Below are positions 30,217 to 40,900 of a stretch of DNA of 64,000 nucleotides, piece after piece (position 1 is the stretch's first letter; each line of letters starts with the position of its first letter). A program made the position numbers and the translations under genes. Origin of the DNA: Flavobacteriales bacterium (GTDB lineage Bacteria; Bacteroidota; Bacteroidia; Flavobacteriales; UBA7312); the NCBI GenBank assembly GCA_965277895.1, contig CBDIDR010000001.1, positions 323,272-387,271 of the forward strand, read 5' to 3'. Below the pieces are notes generated by a model, which saw only the letters and a list, made by a program, of their open reading frames with translations, did not search any database and was not told the origin of the DNA.

Positions 30217-32079
30217 TTATCTTCCCATAAATACTAATAATACGTTAATGTCTGAAGGCGATACACCGCTTATTCTAGATGCTTGTCCTATTGTTTCAGG
30301 CTTTACTTGATTTAGCTTTTCACGAGACTCAGCAGAAATAGCGTGTAGTTTACCGTAGTCAAACTTATCAGGAATACGGATTCCTTCTAGCTTATTTGTT
30401 TTCATAACAGTTTCACGTTCGCGTTCTATGTAGCCGTTGTACTTAATTTGTATTTCGGCTTGTTCTAATACATCTTGTTTTATTTCTTTTGTTTTTTCTT
30501 CAACGCTTTTTAATTTTAATAAGTCGTCAAGTTTAATTTGAGGCCTGCTTAAAATTTTACCAAGCTTTGTTTTTTGCTTTATTAGGCTACTATTGTTGTT
30601 TTCAAGTATAGGGTTCATTTCTTCTGGGCTTACACTCTCTTTTTGAAAAAACGACAAGGCACCTTCAATATTGTCTTGTTTTTTGTCAAGCTGTGACATT
30701 CTCAAATCGCTGACCAATCCTATGTCTCTTCCAATTTTCGTCAATCTCAGGTCGGCATTATCTTGCCTTAGAAGTATTCTGTATTCTGCTCTTGAGGTAA
30801 ACATTCTGTATGGCTCATCTGTACCTTTCGTTACTAGGTCATCAATTAGCACCCCAATGTATGCTTCCGAACGCTTTAATATTATTGGCTCTAGCTCTTC
30901 AGTTTTCCTACTTGCATTTATCCCTGCCATTAAGCCTTGACAAGCGGCCTCCTCATAGCCAGTTGTACCATTAATCTGTCCAGCAAAATACAAGTTCCTA
31001 ACAAGTTTTGTTTCTAGACTTCTTTGTAATTGAGTAGGCGGAAAGTAGTCGTATTCAATGGCGTAACCTGGCCTAAATATTTTGGCGGTTTCAAAGCCTT
31101 CAATTTGCTGAATGGCTTCATGTTGTACGTTTTCGGGCAGGGATGTTGAAAATCCATTTACATACACTTCTACGGTGTCCCATCCTTCTGGCTCAACAAA
31201 AATCTGATGCCTATCTCTTTCTGCAAATCGTTCAATTTTGTCCTCTATCGATGGGCAATACCTTGGCCCTAAGCCTTGTATTCGTCCAGTAAACATTGGC
31301 GATTTTTCAAAGCCTGTTTTCAGAATTTCGTGTACGTTTGGATTGGTATATGTGATGTGGCAACTCCTTTGATTTGTGAGCTGTGGCGTATCCATAAATG
31401 AGAATTTTGATGGGTTTATGTCTCCTGCTTGTTCTTCCATTTTTGAATAATCCAAAGACCTACCATCAACTCTTGGCGGTGTACCTGTTTTCATTCTGCC
31501 ACTTTCAAAGCCTAGTTGAGTTAAGCATTCGGTTAGTCCAACGGCTGCTCTCTCTCCTGTTCTTCCGCCACCAAATTGCTTCTCTCCTATGTGAATAGTG
31601 CCATTTAAAAACGTTCCATTTGTGAGGATAACGGTTTTAGCTTTAATGTCTATTCCCATAGCGGTTTTTACACCAGTTACTTCGCCTTTGTCTATTGATA
31701 GGTCAGTAACCATGTCTTGCCAAAAATCTACATTGGGAATGCTCTCGAGTGTTAATCGCCACTCTTCAGCAAATCGCATTCTGTCGCTTTGTGCTCTAGG
31801 GCTCCACATAGCGGGACCTTTAGAACGGTTAAGCATTCTAAACTGTATCATGGTCTTATCGGTGATTATACCAGAATATCCTCCCAAAGCATCGATTTCT
31901 CTTACAATCTGACCTTTAGCAACACCACCCATTGCTGGATTACATGACATTTGAGCAATGGTTTGCATATTCATAGTTACTAGCAGTACCGATGAGCCCA
32001 AATTTGCTGCTGCTGCTGCTGCTTCACAGCCCGAGTGACCGCCTCCAACAACAATTACATCATATTCTTTTTTAAACAT
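30217..32079 (-). CDS. mnmG: tRNA uridine 5-carboxymethylaminomethyl modification enzyme MnmG (GidA)
   Basis: 620 aa. FAD motif VIVVGGGHSGCEAA and highly conserved GidA sequence throughout. Confidence 0.97.
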   Translation of the reverse strand: MFKKEYDVIVVGGGHSGCEAAAAAANLGSSVLLVTMNMQTIAQMSCNPAMGGVAKGQIVREIDALGGYSGIITDKTMIQFRMLNRSKGPAMWSPRAQSDRMRFAEEWRLTLESIPNVDFWQDMVTDLSIDKGEVTGVKTAMGIDIKAKTVILTNGTFLNGTIHIGEKQFGGGRTGERAAVGLTECLTQLGFESGRMKTGTPPRVDGRSLDYSKMEEQAGDINPSKFSFMDTPQLTNQRSCHITYTNPNVHEILKTGFEKSPMFTGRIQGLGPRYCPSIEDKIERFAERDRHQIFVEPEGWDTVEVYVNGFSTSLPENVQHEAIQQIEGFETAKIFRPGYAIEYDYFPPTQLQRSLETKLVRNLYFAGQINGTTGYEEAACQGLMAGINASRKTEELEPIILKRSEAYIGVLIDDLVTKGTDEPYRMFTSRAEYRILLRQDNADLRLTKIGRDIGLVSDLRMSQLDKKQDNIEGALSFFQKESVSPEEMNPILENNNSSLIKQKTKLGKILSRPQIKLDDLLKLKSVEEKTKEIKQDVLEQAEIQIKYNGYIERERETVMKTNKLEGIRIPDKFDYGKLHAISAESREKLNQVKPETIGQASRISGVSPSDINVLLVFMGR

Positions 32080-32102
32080 ATAAGTGTTTGATATACAGTT
32101 AT

Positions 32103-32528
32103 TTATGTTTTTTTGTTGAGGTAAAAATCTTCTTTTTCCCTCATTAATTTTTTCTCCTTGTCTGACTTGTCTTTGTAGCCGATTAGGTGCAGGACACCAT
32201 GAATCATAACTCGTCTAAGTTCAGTATCAAAAGGAACTGCAAATTTACGAGCATTTTCTTTTAGTCGTTCAATACTTATAAAAATATCCCCACTTACACT
32301 GTTTTCTTCAGAGTAGTCAAAGGTGATAATGTCAGTATATGTATCGTGATTTAAGTAGGTTTGGTTTTTTTCTAAAAGGTAGTCATCGTCACAAAAAATG
32401 TAGTTTATCTCCCCTAGTTTTTTTTGCTCATTAGCAATAGCCTCTTTAATATACGAATCCAAATGAGATATAGATTCGGCTTTAAAATCACATTCTGAGT
32501 GAAAGAAAATATTACTGTCCACTTTCAT
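32103..32528 (-). CDS. ybeY: rRNA maturation RNase YbeY
   Basis: HGVLHLIGYKD zinc-binding motif. The start is placed at MKVDSNIFF (32528), which gives the usual ~140 aa. Confidence 0.9.
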   Translation of the reverse strand: MKVDSNIFFHSECDFKAESISHLDSYIKEAIANEQKKLGEINYIFCDDDYLLEKNQTYLNHDTYTDIITFDYSEENSVSGDIFISIERLKENARKFAVPFDTELRRVMIHGVLHLIGYKDKSDKEKKLMREKEDFYLNKKT

Positions 32529-35500
32529 TGAAATAATCTTTGACTTTTTGTTTGTAAAAAGGGGTGAAAGAAGGCGGAATAGTTCTAAGTAATTCTTGTT
32601 GCTTTTCTTTCTCCTTTTGGTATTCTTCAAATGGGTTTACCAATCGTTTGGATAAGTTATTCATCCATTCTGTTGACTCTCTTGTCTCCTCCTCATCTCT
32701 TTCTCTTTCAGCCTTTTCTGCTTCTAGCAAACGACTCATTATTGTTTCTTGACGTTTGATGCTTTCCAAAGTTATATTATCGTTGATAATGTCAACTTCA
32801 TTTTCCTCCATTTGTTTGATGAGCTGATCTAGATTATTTTTACCATTCTTATCATTGCCCAGTTCATCTCTTAATTCATTCATTCGGTTTCGAATCATTT
32901 CTTGCTGAGCAGCTAGTTTTGCTAACCCTTTATTTGTTTTACCATTTTTACCGTCTTTGGATTGAAGCATTTGTTTCATCTGCTCTTTCACTTGCTTTTG
33001 CATCTGCTTCATTTCCTTCATGCCTTCGCCACCAGTGGAGTTTGGTTTATTGCACATTTTACTACTAGGCTTACTTTCCATATTAGCCATCTCTTTTTGC
33101 ATTTGCTCAAGCGTTTCAGAGAGAATAAGTGCTAAGTTATTGGCAGAGGTCATAGCGAATTGTTGTCTTTCACTAGCCTTTGCTGAACGTCTTTCGGCCA
33201 TCTCCTCTAAAGCTTTTTCTGTACTCAATTCAATAGTATTGATTTCTTTATTTACTATGGATTCAATTTGAGGCTGCCTCTTGCTTAGTGCAAATAAGCT
33301 ATCTTCTATGATTTGTGCATCTGCTTGAAGCTTTTTTTGTAGTTGCAAATAGTCTAAATATAGCGGGCTGTTGATGTTGATTTGAGGAATGGTTTTAAGG
33401 ATATCTTCTTGGTCAACAGACAGAACAATCAGGTTTTCAAGAATCTGCCTTAGGGTTTGCATATCTTCGGCCACTTGTTCTTGCTGTGCAGATTGCATGG
33501 CGGATTGCAAGGACTGACTCATTTCTTCCATTTTCTGGGCAGCACTTTTCTGACTTTTGCCCGCTTGTTTTTTCATGTTTTTTTCAAGCTGCTCTACACT
33601 TTTCTGCATGCCATTCTTTATTTCTTCTTCTGCAGATTTTGTGTTTGGGATTTCTTGTTTGTACTCCAGCTTTTCGTTCATTTCTTTAGTCTTTTCTAAA
33701 TCTTTTTGAATGTCCTCAAATTCTTTTTGGATATTTTCCTGCTCTTTTTTTAGGGCCTCTTTATCGTCTTTTTTATCTGAAAGTTCTTTTTGTTTTTCGG
33801 AGAGCTCCTTTAAGGCATCAATGTTTTTTTCCAGCTTTTGTTCAACCTCCATTTGCTTAAAAAGCTCTAAAGTCCTGTCTAATTCTTTTTCGATGTCTTC
33901 GTCACTTTTTTGCATTTCCTCAAGTGCTTTTTGGAGGTCTTCTTTTTTTATGTCTTCCATCATGTCCTTAAGCTCATCCATCATATTTTCCATCTCTTCA
34001 TCAATGAGACTTTCGAATAGACGTTGAATTTCTTCTTGCTTTTTAAGAAGTTCGTCTTTTGGACTTTTATATTCTTTTTCTTGAAGGCTATTTTTCTTTT
34101 GTTGCTTTTGGATTTTATCTATTTTGTTTTTTAATTCATCTTGTTTTTCAAGTAAAGCTTTGGTTTTTTGCTTGTCCTCCCAGCTAAGCTCTTTGTTTTT
34201 TAGCAATTGCTTTTGAAGTTCTTCCAGTTCTTTTTGAATTTCTTCAGCCAATTTTTTTGATTCATTGATGTCATCTTTTAGCAGATTATTTTTACTGTCA
34301 GTTTGTTGTTCTAATTCTTTAATGCTCGCCGCTTGGAAAGTAGCTACAGTTGATTTTGTGGATTTACTTCCGTTAATACCGTCATTATCCCATACTTCAA
34401 AATAATAGCTCATGCCCTGACCATAATCTAGCCCTAAGTCAGAAAAGTTGTATTTAACAAAAAACCGTTCTTCGCTATTTGATGGGTTTAAAGGAACATC
34501 CTCTTGCTTCCATTTACTGCTATCCCCTTCTATTATTTGATAATTAAATGTTAGTTTTTGTATGCCATAGTCGTCTTGAACAATACCATCAAAATAGTGC
34601 AGCATTTTATTGATGCTATCTAAAGTTGTTTCGATGGAGATGCTTGGGTATTCATCTGAAATAACGGCAATTTGATAGGCGATGCTGTCTCCTTTTATAA
34701 AGTCGTTTTTGGTGAACAGACTGTATGATTTGTTTTCTGTGAACCTTTTTTGAAAGCTAAATGTATTTTCGGATGTTCGTTCACAGGCTTTGCTTTCCTC
34801 GAACTGAACATAGACCTCTTCTGAGTTTTCGGTGAAAAAAAGCCACTTGACTTTTGTTCCTTCGGGGATAGTGAGGTTACCAGTATTAGCTAGAGTTTCG
34901 TTTTTCTTTTTTATGTATTTAGGAAAGACGAGCTCGGCGGTGAAACGCACCACAAATGGTCTTGGCACTACAGTAAGCGTTTTTGAGGGTGACGAAAAAC
35001 CATTTGACGAAAAACTAAAACCAGTAGTGTTTTGAGGGGTTTTAAATAAGTAAGAAAAGCCACCTTTTGCTTCTTTCTTCATCTCAAAAACATTCCCATC
35101 AACCATTATTTGGCTTGTTTTAGGAATTTCAGAGCCTTCGTAATGCATATAAAGTTGAAAATCATCACCCTTTATTACTTGTAGTGAAGGGTTGTCGATA
35201 ATAAAATCAAAAGGAGCAAGAGGTAAATATTCAGTATTGTATGAAATGATTCTTGAAGAGCTTTCTAAAACTATTTTTTTGTTTCCTGAAAGGAACAAAA
35301 CAATCAATATCGCTACTGGAGCTATGGCATATTTTAGATATATTTTGTTGGCTCTTAAATCAATGGCTTTTGTGAATGGAATTGGTTTAAGTTGATTTAT
35401 TTTTTGTTGTACACTAGCTTCAATAAGAGAATTATCAACTTCGGACAACTCTTGAAGCTGAAGTAAATTCACGAGCTTATCTTCCACGCTAGAGAAGTGT

Positions 35501-35796
35501 TCGCCAATTATTTTAGCGGCTTCTATATAATTTAGAGATTGCCCAATTCTGTAAAGACCTATTAAAGGCGTCGCGACCCACTTCCAAAAAATGAATACAT
35601 TGAAAACACTAAACGCCCAGAACAAAATAGTTCTAACCGTAGTGTTGAACTGACCGAAGTGCTCACCAACTGAGAACAGAATGAAGAAGGCTAAAAAAAC
35701 GGAGAAGAAATATATTACACCTTTAAGAAGAAGGTTTTTATAATACTTACTAATAAACTCCTCAAGTTTTTCAAACAATTCGCTACGACCACTCAT
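32512..35796 (-). CDS. 1094-aa membrane protein with beta-rich ectodomain and ~500-aa K/E/Q-rich coiled coil (DUF4175-like)
   Basis: N-terminal TM helices, a central beta-rich region (FEVWDNDGINGSKS) and a long charged helical region. 17-nt overlap with ybeY. The family name is tentative and from recall. Confidence 0.75.
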   Translation of the reverse strand: MSGRSELFEKLEEFISKYYKNLLLKGVIYFFSVFLAFFILFSVGEHFGQFNTTVRTILFWAFSVFNVFIFWKWVATPLIGLYRIGQSLNYIEAAKIIGEHFSSVEDKLVNLLQLQELSEVDNSLIEASVQQKINQLKPIPFTKAIDLRANKIYLKYAIAPVAILIVLFLSGNKKIVLESSSRIISYNTEYLPLAPFDFIIDNPSLQVIKGDDFQLYMHYEGSEIPKTSQIMVDGNVFEMKKEAKGGFSYLFKTPQNTTGFSFSSNGFSSPSKTLTVVPRPFVVRFTAELVFPKYIKKKNETLANTGNLTIPEGTKVKWLFFTENSEEVYVQFEESKACERTSENTFSFQKRFTENKSYSLFTKNDFIKGDSIAYQIAVISDEYPSISIETTLDSINKMLHYFDGIVQDDYGIQKLTFNYQIIEGDSSKWKQEDVPLNPSNSEERFFVKYNFSDLGLDYGQGMSYYFEVWDNDGINGSKSTKSTVATFQAASIKELEQQTDSKNNLLKDDINESKKLAEEIQKELEELQKQLLKNKELSWEDKQKTKALLEKQDELKNKIDKIQKQQKKNSLQEKEYKSPKDELLKKQEEIQRLFESLIDEEMENMMDELKDMMEDIKKEDLQKALEEMQKSDEDIEKELDRTLELFKQMEVEQKLEKNIDALKELSEKQKELSDKKDDKEALKKEQENIQKEFEDIQKDLEKTKEMNEKLEYKQEIPNTKSAEEEIKNGMQKSVEQLEKNMKKQAGKSQKSAAQKMEEMSQSLQSAMQSAQQEQVAEDMQTLRQILENLIVLSVDQEDILKTIPQININSPLYLDYLQLQKKLQADAQIIEDSLFALSKRQPQIESIVNKEINTIELSTEKALEEMAERRSAKASERQQFAMTSANNLALILSETLEQMQKEMANMESKPSSKMCNKPNSTGGEGMKEMKQMQKQVKEQMKQMLQSKDGKNGKTNKGLAKLAAQQEMIRNRMNELRDELGNDKNGKNNLDQLIKQMEENEVDIINDNITLESIKRQETIMSRLLEAEKAERERDEEETRESTEWMNNLSKRLVNPFEEYQKEKEKQQELLRTIPPSFTPFYKQKVKDYFNESGQ

Positions 35797-35852
35797 ACTA
35801 CAAAGGTAAGATATTTAGCACCATCACAAAACAGTCAATATAGAAGAAAACG

Positions 35853-35860
35853 TATCTTTG
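35853..35860 (+). promoter_or_regulatory. Bacteroidota -7 promoter box (TATCTTTG)
   Basis: Exact TAnnTTTG match 14 nt upstream of the gltX ATG at 35874. Confidence 0.45.
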
Positions 35861-35873
35861 TTGGCTTAATTAA

Positions 35874-37397
35874 ATGACGGTGATGGATAAAGTAAGAGTA
35901 AGATTTGCCCCAAGTCCGACGGGACCATTACATATGGGGGGTGTTAGAACAGCCCTCTACAACTACCTTTTTGCAAAAAAACACAATGGAGATTTCTTGT
36001 TGAGACTAGAGGACACTGACCAAACACGCCTTGTTCCTGGAGCGGAACAATACATTTTAGACGCCTTGTCGTGGTGCAAGATAAACATAGACGAAGGCTT
36101 GGGCCATGGTGGTGATTTAGGGCCTTACAAACAGTCTGACAGAAAACCAATGTACAGGCAATACGCCGATATTTTATTAGAGCAAGGTCATGCTTATTAC
36201 GCTTTTGACACCGCAGAAGAACTTGACGACATGCGTCAGCGTATGAAAAATGCTGGTGTGCCGTCTCCACAGTATAATTCGGTAGTTAGAGATAGCATGC
36301 AAAACTCAATCTCTCTTTCAGCAGATGAGGTGAAACAAAGGTTAGATAGGGGCGATTCATATGTCATTCGTATTAAAATGCCTAGAAATGAAGAGGTAAA
36401 AATAAACGATACTATACGCGGCTGGGTAGTTGTAAACACAAACAATCTTGACGACAAAGTTCTGTTTAAGTCGGATGGAATGCCAACCTATCATTTAGCA
36501 AATGTTGTAGATGACCATTTGATGAAAATAACCCATGTTATTAGAGGAGAAGAGTGGTTGCCATCGGCGCCTCTGCACGTTTTATTATATCGATTTTTTG
36601 ACTGGGAATGTCCAGCTTTTGCCCACCTTCCTTTGATTTTAAAGCCTGATGGCAATGGAAAGCTTAGCAAAAGAGACGGAGACAGATTAGGCTTCCCTGT
36701 TTTCCCAACAGAATGGACTAATCCAGAGACCAATGAAGTATCCTCAGGGTATAGGGAAGAAGGCTATTTTCCTGAAGCCTTCACAAATATGTTAGCTTTT
36801 TTAGGTTGGAATCCTGGAACTGCTCAAGAAATATTTTCAATGGATGAGCTTGTTGAATCTTTTTCCTTGCAAAGGGTTGGAAAAGCGGGAGCAAAATTTG
36901 ATTTTGACAAGACTAAATGGTTTAATCAACAGTATTTAAGGAGTAAAAAAGGTGACGAATTGGCTCAATTAATACACTCTAAAATCACTGAATCGAAAGC
37001 TGTAGATAGCGTGTTTTTAGCAAAAGTTTGTGAGTTAATGAAAGAACGAGCGACTTTCGTTGAAGATATATGGGAGAGCAGTCAATTCTTTTTTGACCCT
37101 CCTACTGAGTACGATGAAAAAACACATCGAAAAAAATGGAAGGAACACACTCCTGACATACTCAAAAAAGTAACTGAGTTGTTCGGTCGGATATCCGACT
37201 TTTCTGCTGAAAACGTTGAAAAAGAGTTCAAATCTCTTCTTGAAGAAAATGAGTGGGGCTTAGGAATGGTGTTGCCTACTTTTAGACTCGCTGTAACTGG
37301 AAAGGGTATGGGGCCTTCAATGTTTGAGATTTCAGAGTTGTTAGGTAAAGACGAAGTTGTTGAACGAATTGAAACAGCCATTCAAAAATTGTCTTAG
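35874..37397 (+). CDS. gltX: glutamate--tRNA ligase
   Basis: RFAPSPTGPLHMGG (HIGH-type) and KLSKRD (KMSKS-type) motifs. 507 aa. Confidence 0.95.
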   Translation: MTVMDKVRVRFAPSPTGPLHMGGVRTALYNYLFAKKHNGDFLLRLEDTDQTRLVPGAEQYILDALSWCKINIDEGLGHGGDLGPYKQSDRKPMYRQYADILLEQGHAYYAFDTAEELDDMRQRMKNAGVPSPQYNSVVRDSMQNSISLSADEVKQRLDRGDSYVIRIKMPRNEEVKINDTIRGWVVVNTNNLDDKVLFKSDGMPTYHLANVVDDHLMKITHVIRGEEWLPSAPLHVLLYRFFDWECPAFAHLPLILKPDGNGKLSKRDGDRLGFPVFPTEWTNPETNEVSSGYREEGYFPEAFTNMLAFLGWNPGTAQEIFSMDELVESFSLQRVGKAGAKFDFDKTKWFNQQYLRSKKGDELAQLIHSKITESKAVDSVFLAKVCELMKERATFVEDIWESSQFFFDPPTEYDEKTHRKKWKEHTPDILKKVTELFGRISDFSAENVEKEFKSLLEENEWGLGMVLPTFRLAVTGKGMGPSMFEISELLGKDEVVERIETAIQKLS

Positions 37398-37399
37398 TT

Positions 37400-37759
37400 A
37401 TGGGGATAATTTCAGTAAACGGGATAAAAGTGTATGCATATCACGGCTGTTTGGACGAGGAACGAAAAATAGGCTCAGACTATGAGGTTAATGTTACTGT
37501 TGAAGCAGACCTAGAAGCCTCCTCCATTTCGGACAAACTTGCTGATACTGTAGATTATGTTTCTATAAACAGAATTGTAAAGAACGAAATGTCTATTCCA
37601 AGCAATTTGCTTGAACATGTTGTAAAACGAATCATAGATTCCATAGTATTAAACCATAAAACGGTTGATACTGTTGAGGTTTCGGTGGCTAAGATTAATC
37701 CGCCGATTAATGGTGACGTAGCGAATGTTTTGGTCAAAGAGAAATTCTTTAATGTGTAA
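37400..37759 (+). CDS. folB: dihydroneopterin aldolase
   Basis: 119 aa. The GIKVYAYHGCLDEERKIGSDYEVNV motif is typical of FolB. Confidence 0.9.
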   Translation: MGIISVNGIKVYAYHGCLDEERKIGSDYEVNVTVEADLEASSISDKLADTVDYVSINRIVKNEMSIPSNLLEHVVKRIIDSIVLNHKTVDTVEVSVAKINPPINGDVANVLVKEKFFNV

Positions 37760-37775
37760 ATTATAAAAAAAACAT

Positions 37776-37783
37776 TAGATTTG
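37776..37783 (+). promoter_or_regulatory. Bacteroidota -7 promoter box (TAGATTTG) for tRNA-Cys
   Basis: Exact TAnnTTTG match ending 13 nt before the tRNA 5' end. Confidence 0.4.
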
Positions 37784-37795
37784 CTACCCAATTTT

Positions 37796-37866
37796 GGTTT
37801 CGTGGCCGAGTGGCTAGGCAGTGGTCTGCAACACCATCTACAGCGGTTCGAATCCGCTCGAAACCT
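37796..37866 (+). tRNA. tRNA-Cys (anticodon GCA)
   Basis: Hand-folded 71-nt cloverleaf. Acceptor GGTTTCG/CGAAACC, anticodon stem GTGGT/ACCAT with loop CTGCAAC, T arm AGCGG-TTCGAAT-CCGCT. Discriminator U73 is as expected for Cys. Confidence 0.85.
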
Positions 37867-37871
37867 CATTT

Positions 37872-37901
37872 AAAACCGTAAGACACTTACGGTTTTTTTT
37901 T
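37872..37901 (+). terminator. rho-independent terminator after tRNA-Cys
   Basis: aaaaccgtaag / cttacggtttt 11-bp stem, 3-nt loop, then a T-run. Confidence 0.7.
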
Positions 37902-37933
37902 GCTTAATTGTTAACAAAGTAGGAATTAATAGT

Positions 37934-37941
37934 TAATTTTG
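37934..37941 (+). promoter_or_regulatory. Bacteroidota -7 promoter box (TAATTTTG)
   Basis: Exact TAnnTTTG match 33 nt upstream of the ATG at 37974. Confidence 0.45.
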
Positions 37942-37973
37942 TAGACTGACTTAACTTCAACTAACCGCCTTTT

Positions 37974-40900
37974 ATGAACAAGTTCCTTGTATTTTTTGCT
38001 TGCGCGCTTTTTGGTCATACCCTTGTATTTTCTCAGGGAGCTAGCTATTACCCCGATGAATTAGTCTCACGATTTTATTTTGGCACACTCCCTTTTGGGG
38101 CAGATGATATTATGAGCCCTCCAGTAGGCAATTATAGCAATCCTTGTGCGGTGTATAGCAATTACATGATTGGAAATGCTACCATTGGAGATGGTAATAC
38201 CGCAGGATTCGTGTACACGATGAGCGTCTCTAGAGATTCTACATATCAATTTGAAATTGAAGGCGGTTCATGTGATTCGGTTGAAGTTTCTGGTACTAGA
38301 GCCGCCAGAGTTTACATAGATTTTAATGGAAATAACGATTTTTCAGATGCTGGTGAACTTGTATTTACTTCTGCCCAATCAAGCTCAATGTACCCTATAT
38401 TTAGCGGTTCAGTAACTATCCCTAGTGATGCCGCCGAAGGCGAAATAATAATGAGAGTAGTATATGCCAGAGTTGATGGTGTTGATGGGGCGGGTGCTCT
38501 GTGGGATTTCGATTTTATAGACTGGTCAACATGGGGCTACTTTCACGGTGAAACAGAAGATTATTCACTTGTAATATCTGCCTATATTGATTCAGTTGAA
38601 GCAATAAACACAACGTGTAGTAACACTAATGATGGTCAAATAATTATTACCCCCGCATCTTTGGCCAGTCCAGATATTGAGTACTCCATTAATGGCTTAG
38701 CCGGACCATGGACAACCGATGTTTTATATCAAAACTTAACACCAGGTAATTATTCAGTATTTGCAAGAGATCCAGCATTAGCACCTAGCTATGCTTACGA
38801 GCAATTTGATGTAACCATCAACCCTGCTTCAGCAATAACAATTGATGCCCAAATAACGTCCGATTACAACGGTGAAGTTATAAGTTGTTCGGGTGTTTCA
38901 GATGGAGAAGCGAGTTTAGTCGCTATTGGAGGAGAAGGAGAATCATTTTCTTATGAATATTTTAGTGATACAAATCCACTATCAACCCCTTCATCAAATA
39001 CTGTATTAGGTCTAAGTGCTGATACCTACTCCTTTTATGCAATCGACAATCTAGGGTGCTTTTCCGATACTGTTCAGCTAGCTCTTTCAGATCCTTCTCC
39101 TATAGTTATAGATAATGTAGAAATTACAACTGAAATAAGCTGTACAGACGTTTGTGATGCTGTTTTAACCATAATTAATACAGGAGGAACTGCCCCTTAC
39201 AATTATGAGGTTGACGGAGTAGATTATGGCAATTCTAACATTGCTAATAATATTTGTGCTGGATCACCCTCAATATCAGTAACAGACGCAAACGATTGTA
39301 GTTTGTCCCTCAACACACTGGTCATAAATCCAACACCAGTAGATTTAACTTTAACATCCTTACTTGATTATTCTGGTTATGATGTCAGTTGTACAGACTC
39401 TACTAACGGAGCAGTTAGTTTTATCGCTTCTGGTGGTACACCATCTTATGATTTCAGTATAGATGGCGGTTTGACCTTCCCATATTCAGCCGCAGAAGGG
39501 GATAGTGTTTATGGCTTGCCTGCAGGTAATTATACGCTTATTGCTAGAGACACCAATTTATGTTTGTCTTCTGCAGAGGTAATTAACCTCCAGTCCCCAC
39601 AACCGTTATTTCAAGACCCTGTAATTGTGAGCTCTCCAATTAGCTGTAATGGTTTCTCGGACGGCGAAATTACCATACAAGCTGTAGGTGGTGCAGGAGG
39701 CTACACATATTCTTTAGATAATGGTGTAACAGCTCAAGGGTCACCAGTTTTTACAAACTTATCGGCATCCACAATTAATGTTTATATAGAGGATGTCAAC
39801 GGTTGTTCATCTCAAGATAATTTTACCCTAAATGAGCCTGACGCACTATCCTTAAATTCGGTGACAGTAGTTTCAGATTATAATGGTTCGCAATTAAGCT
39901 GCCCATTATCATCAGATGCTACCATTGAGATACAAGCAAATGGCGGAACAGGCGCATACAGTTATTCACTGCCTCCAAATCCAGTGTTGATTAACCTTCC
40001 GGCTAACAATCAGGTATCGGGCTTTTCAGCGGGAACACAATCTTTTTCACTGTTTGATGTCAACGGCTGTAGCTCTAACACCTTAAATTTTGAGGTTATA
40101 CCTCCAGCAGAGCTTATTGTTGCCTCAATTACTATTGATTCAGTGAGTTGTTTTGGTTTGGCTGATGGTGAAGTAACTATTGAGGGAGCAGGTGGATCAG
40201 GCAATTATTCTTATTTTGTAGATGCCGTCTACCAATCTAACAATCAAGTACCGCTTACTGTTTCAGGACTTGCCGAAAATAATTATGGAGTTAGCATAAC
40301 GGATGCAAACGGATGTATTTCTGATATTACAAACGTATTTGTCCCTCAGCCCGCTACAATAGTATCTAACTTAAGTATTGTTAATCTTGGGTGTTCTGGA
40401 GACGTTAACGGTTCGGCATTAGCCAATCCTTCTGGAGGAAGCCCAAATTATACGTTTTTGTGGTCCAATGGCTCTACTCAAAACACCGCTACTCAGCTTC
40501 TTGCTGGGAATTATTCAGTAATTATTACAGATGCAAACGGCTGTCAACTCAATGAAGATTTTGAGGTTACACAACCAACTATTACTCTTAATGTTACTCC
40601 ATTAGATTGTAACATTCCTAACTCAGGAGAAATACAAGCCGTATTAAATAATGCTAATCCGACCTCTAATTTTACAGTGCTTTGGAACGATGCCAACGCT
40701 CAAACAACCTTAACGGCAGTATCTTTAGCTCCTGGCGATTATACAGTTACGATGACAGATCAGTTCGGGTGTGAAATAAGTGCATCTGAAAGTCTTGTGC
40801 AACCTGACTCAATTACGGCTTTTGTGGAATACACCAACATTTGTGAAGAGAGTCCTATTGCTTCAGCATTGGTATTAACTTCCGGAGGACAAGTGCCTTA

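Noticed and set aside
33020-34027. Cluster of + strand ORFs (33020..33271, 33457..33699, 33486..33689, 33710..34027) rich in S/F/L/C
   Set aside because: These are mirror-frame artefacts of the K/E/Q-rich (aag/gaa/caa) coiled-coil region of the 1094-aa minus-strand gene. They are low-complexity and have no starts with promoter or RBS context.
37555-37869. 104-aa minus-strand ORF
   Set aside because: It runs antisense through folB and the whole tRNA-Cys gene, so it is spurious.
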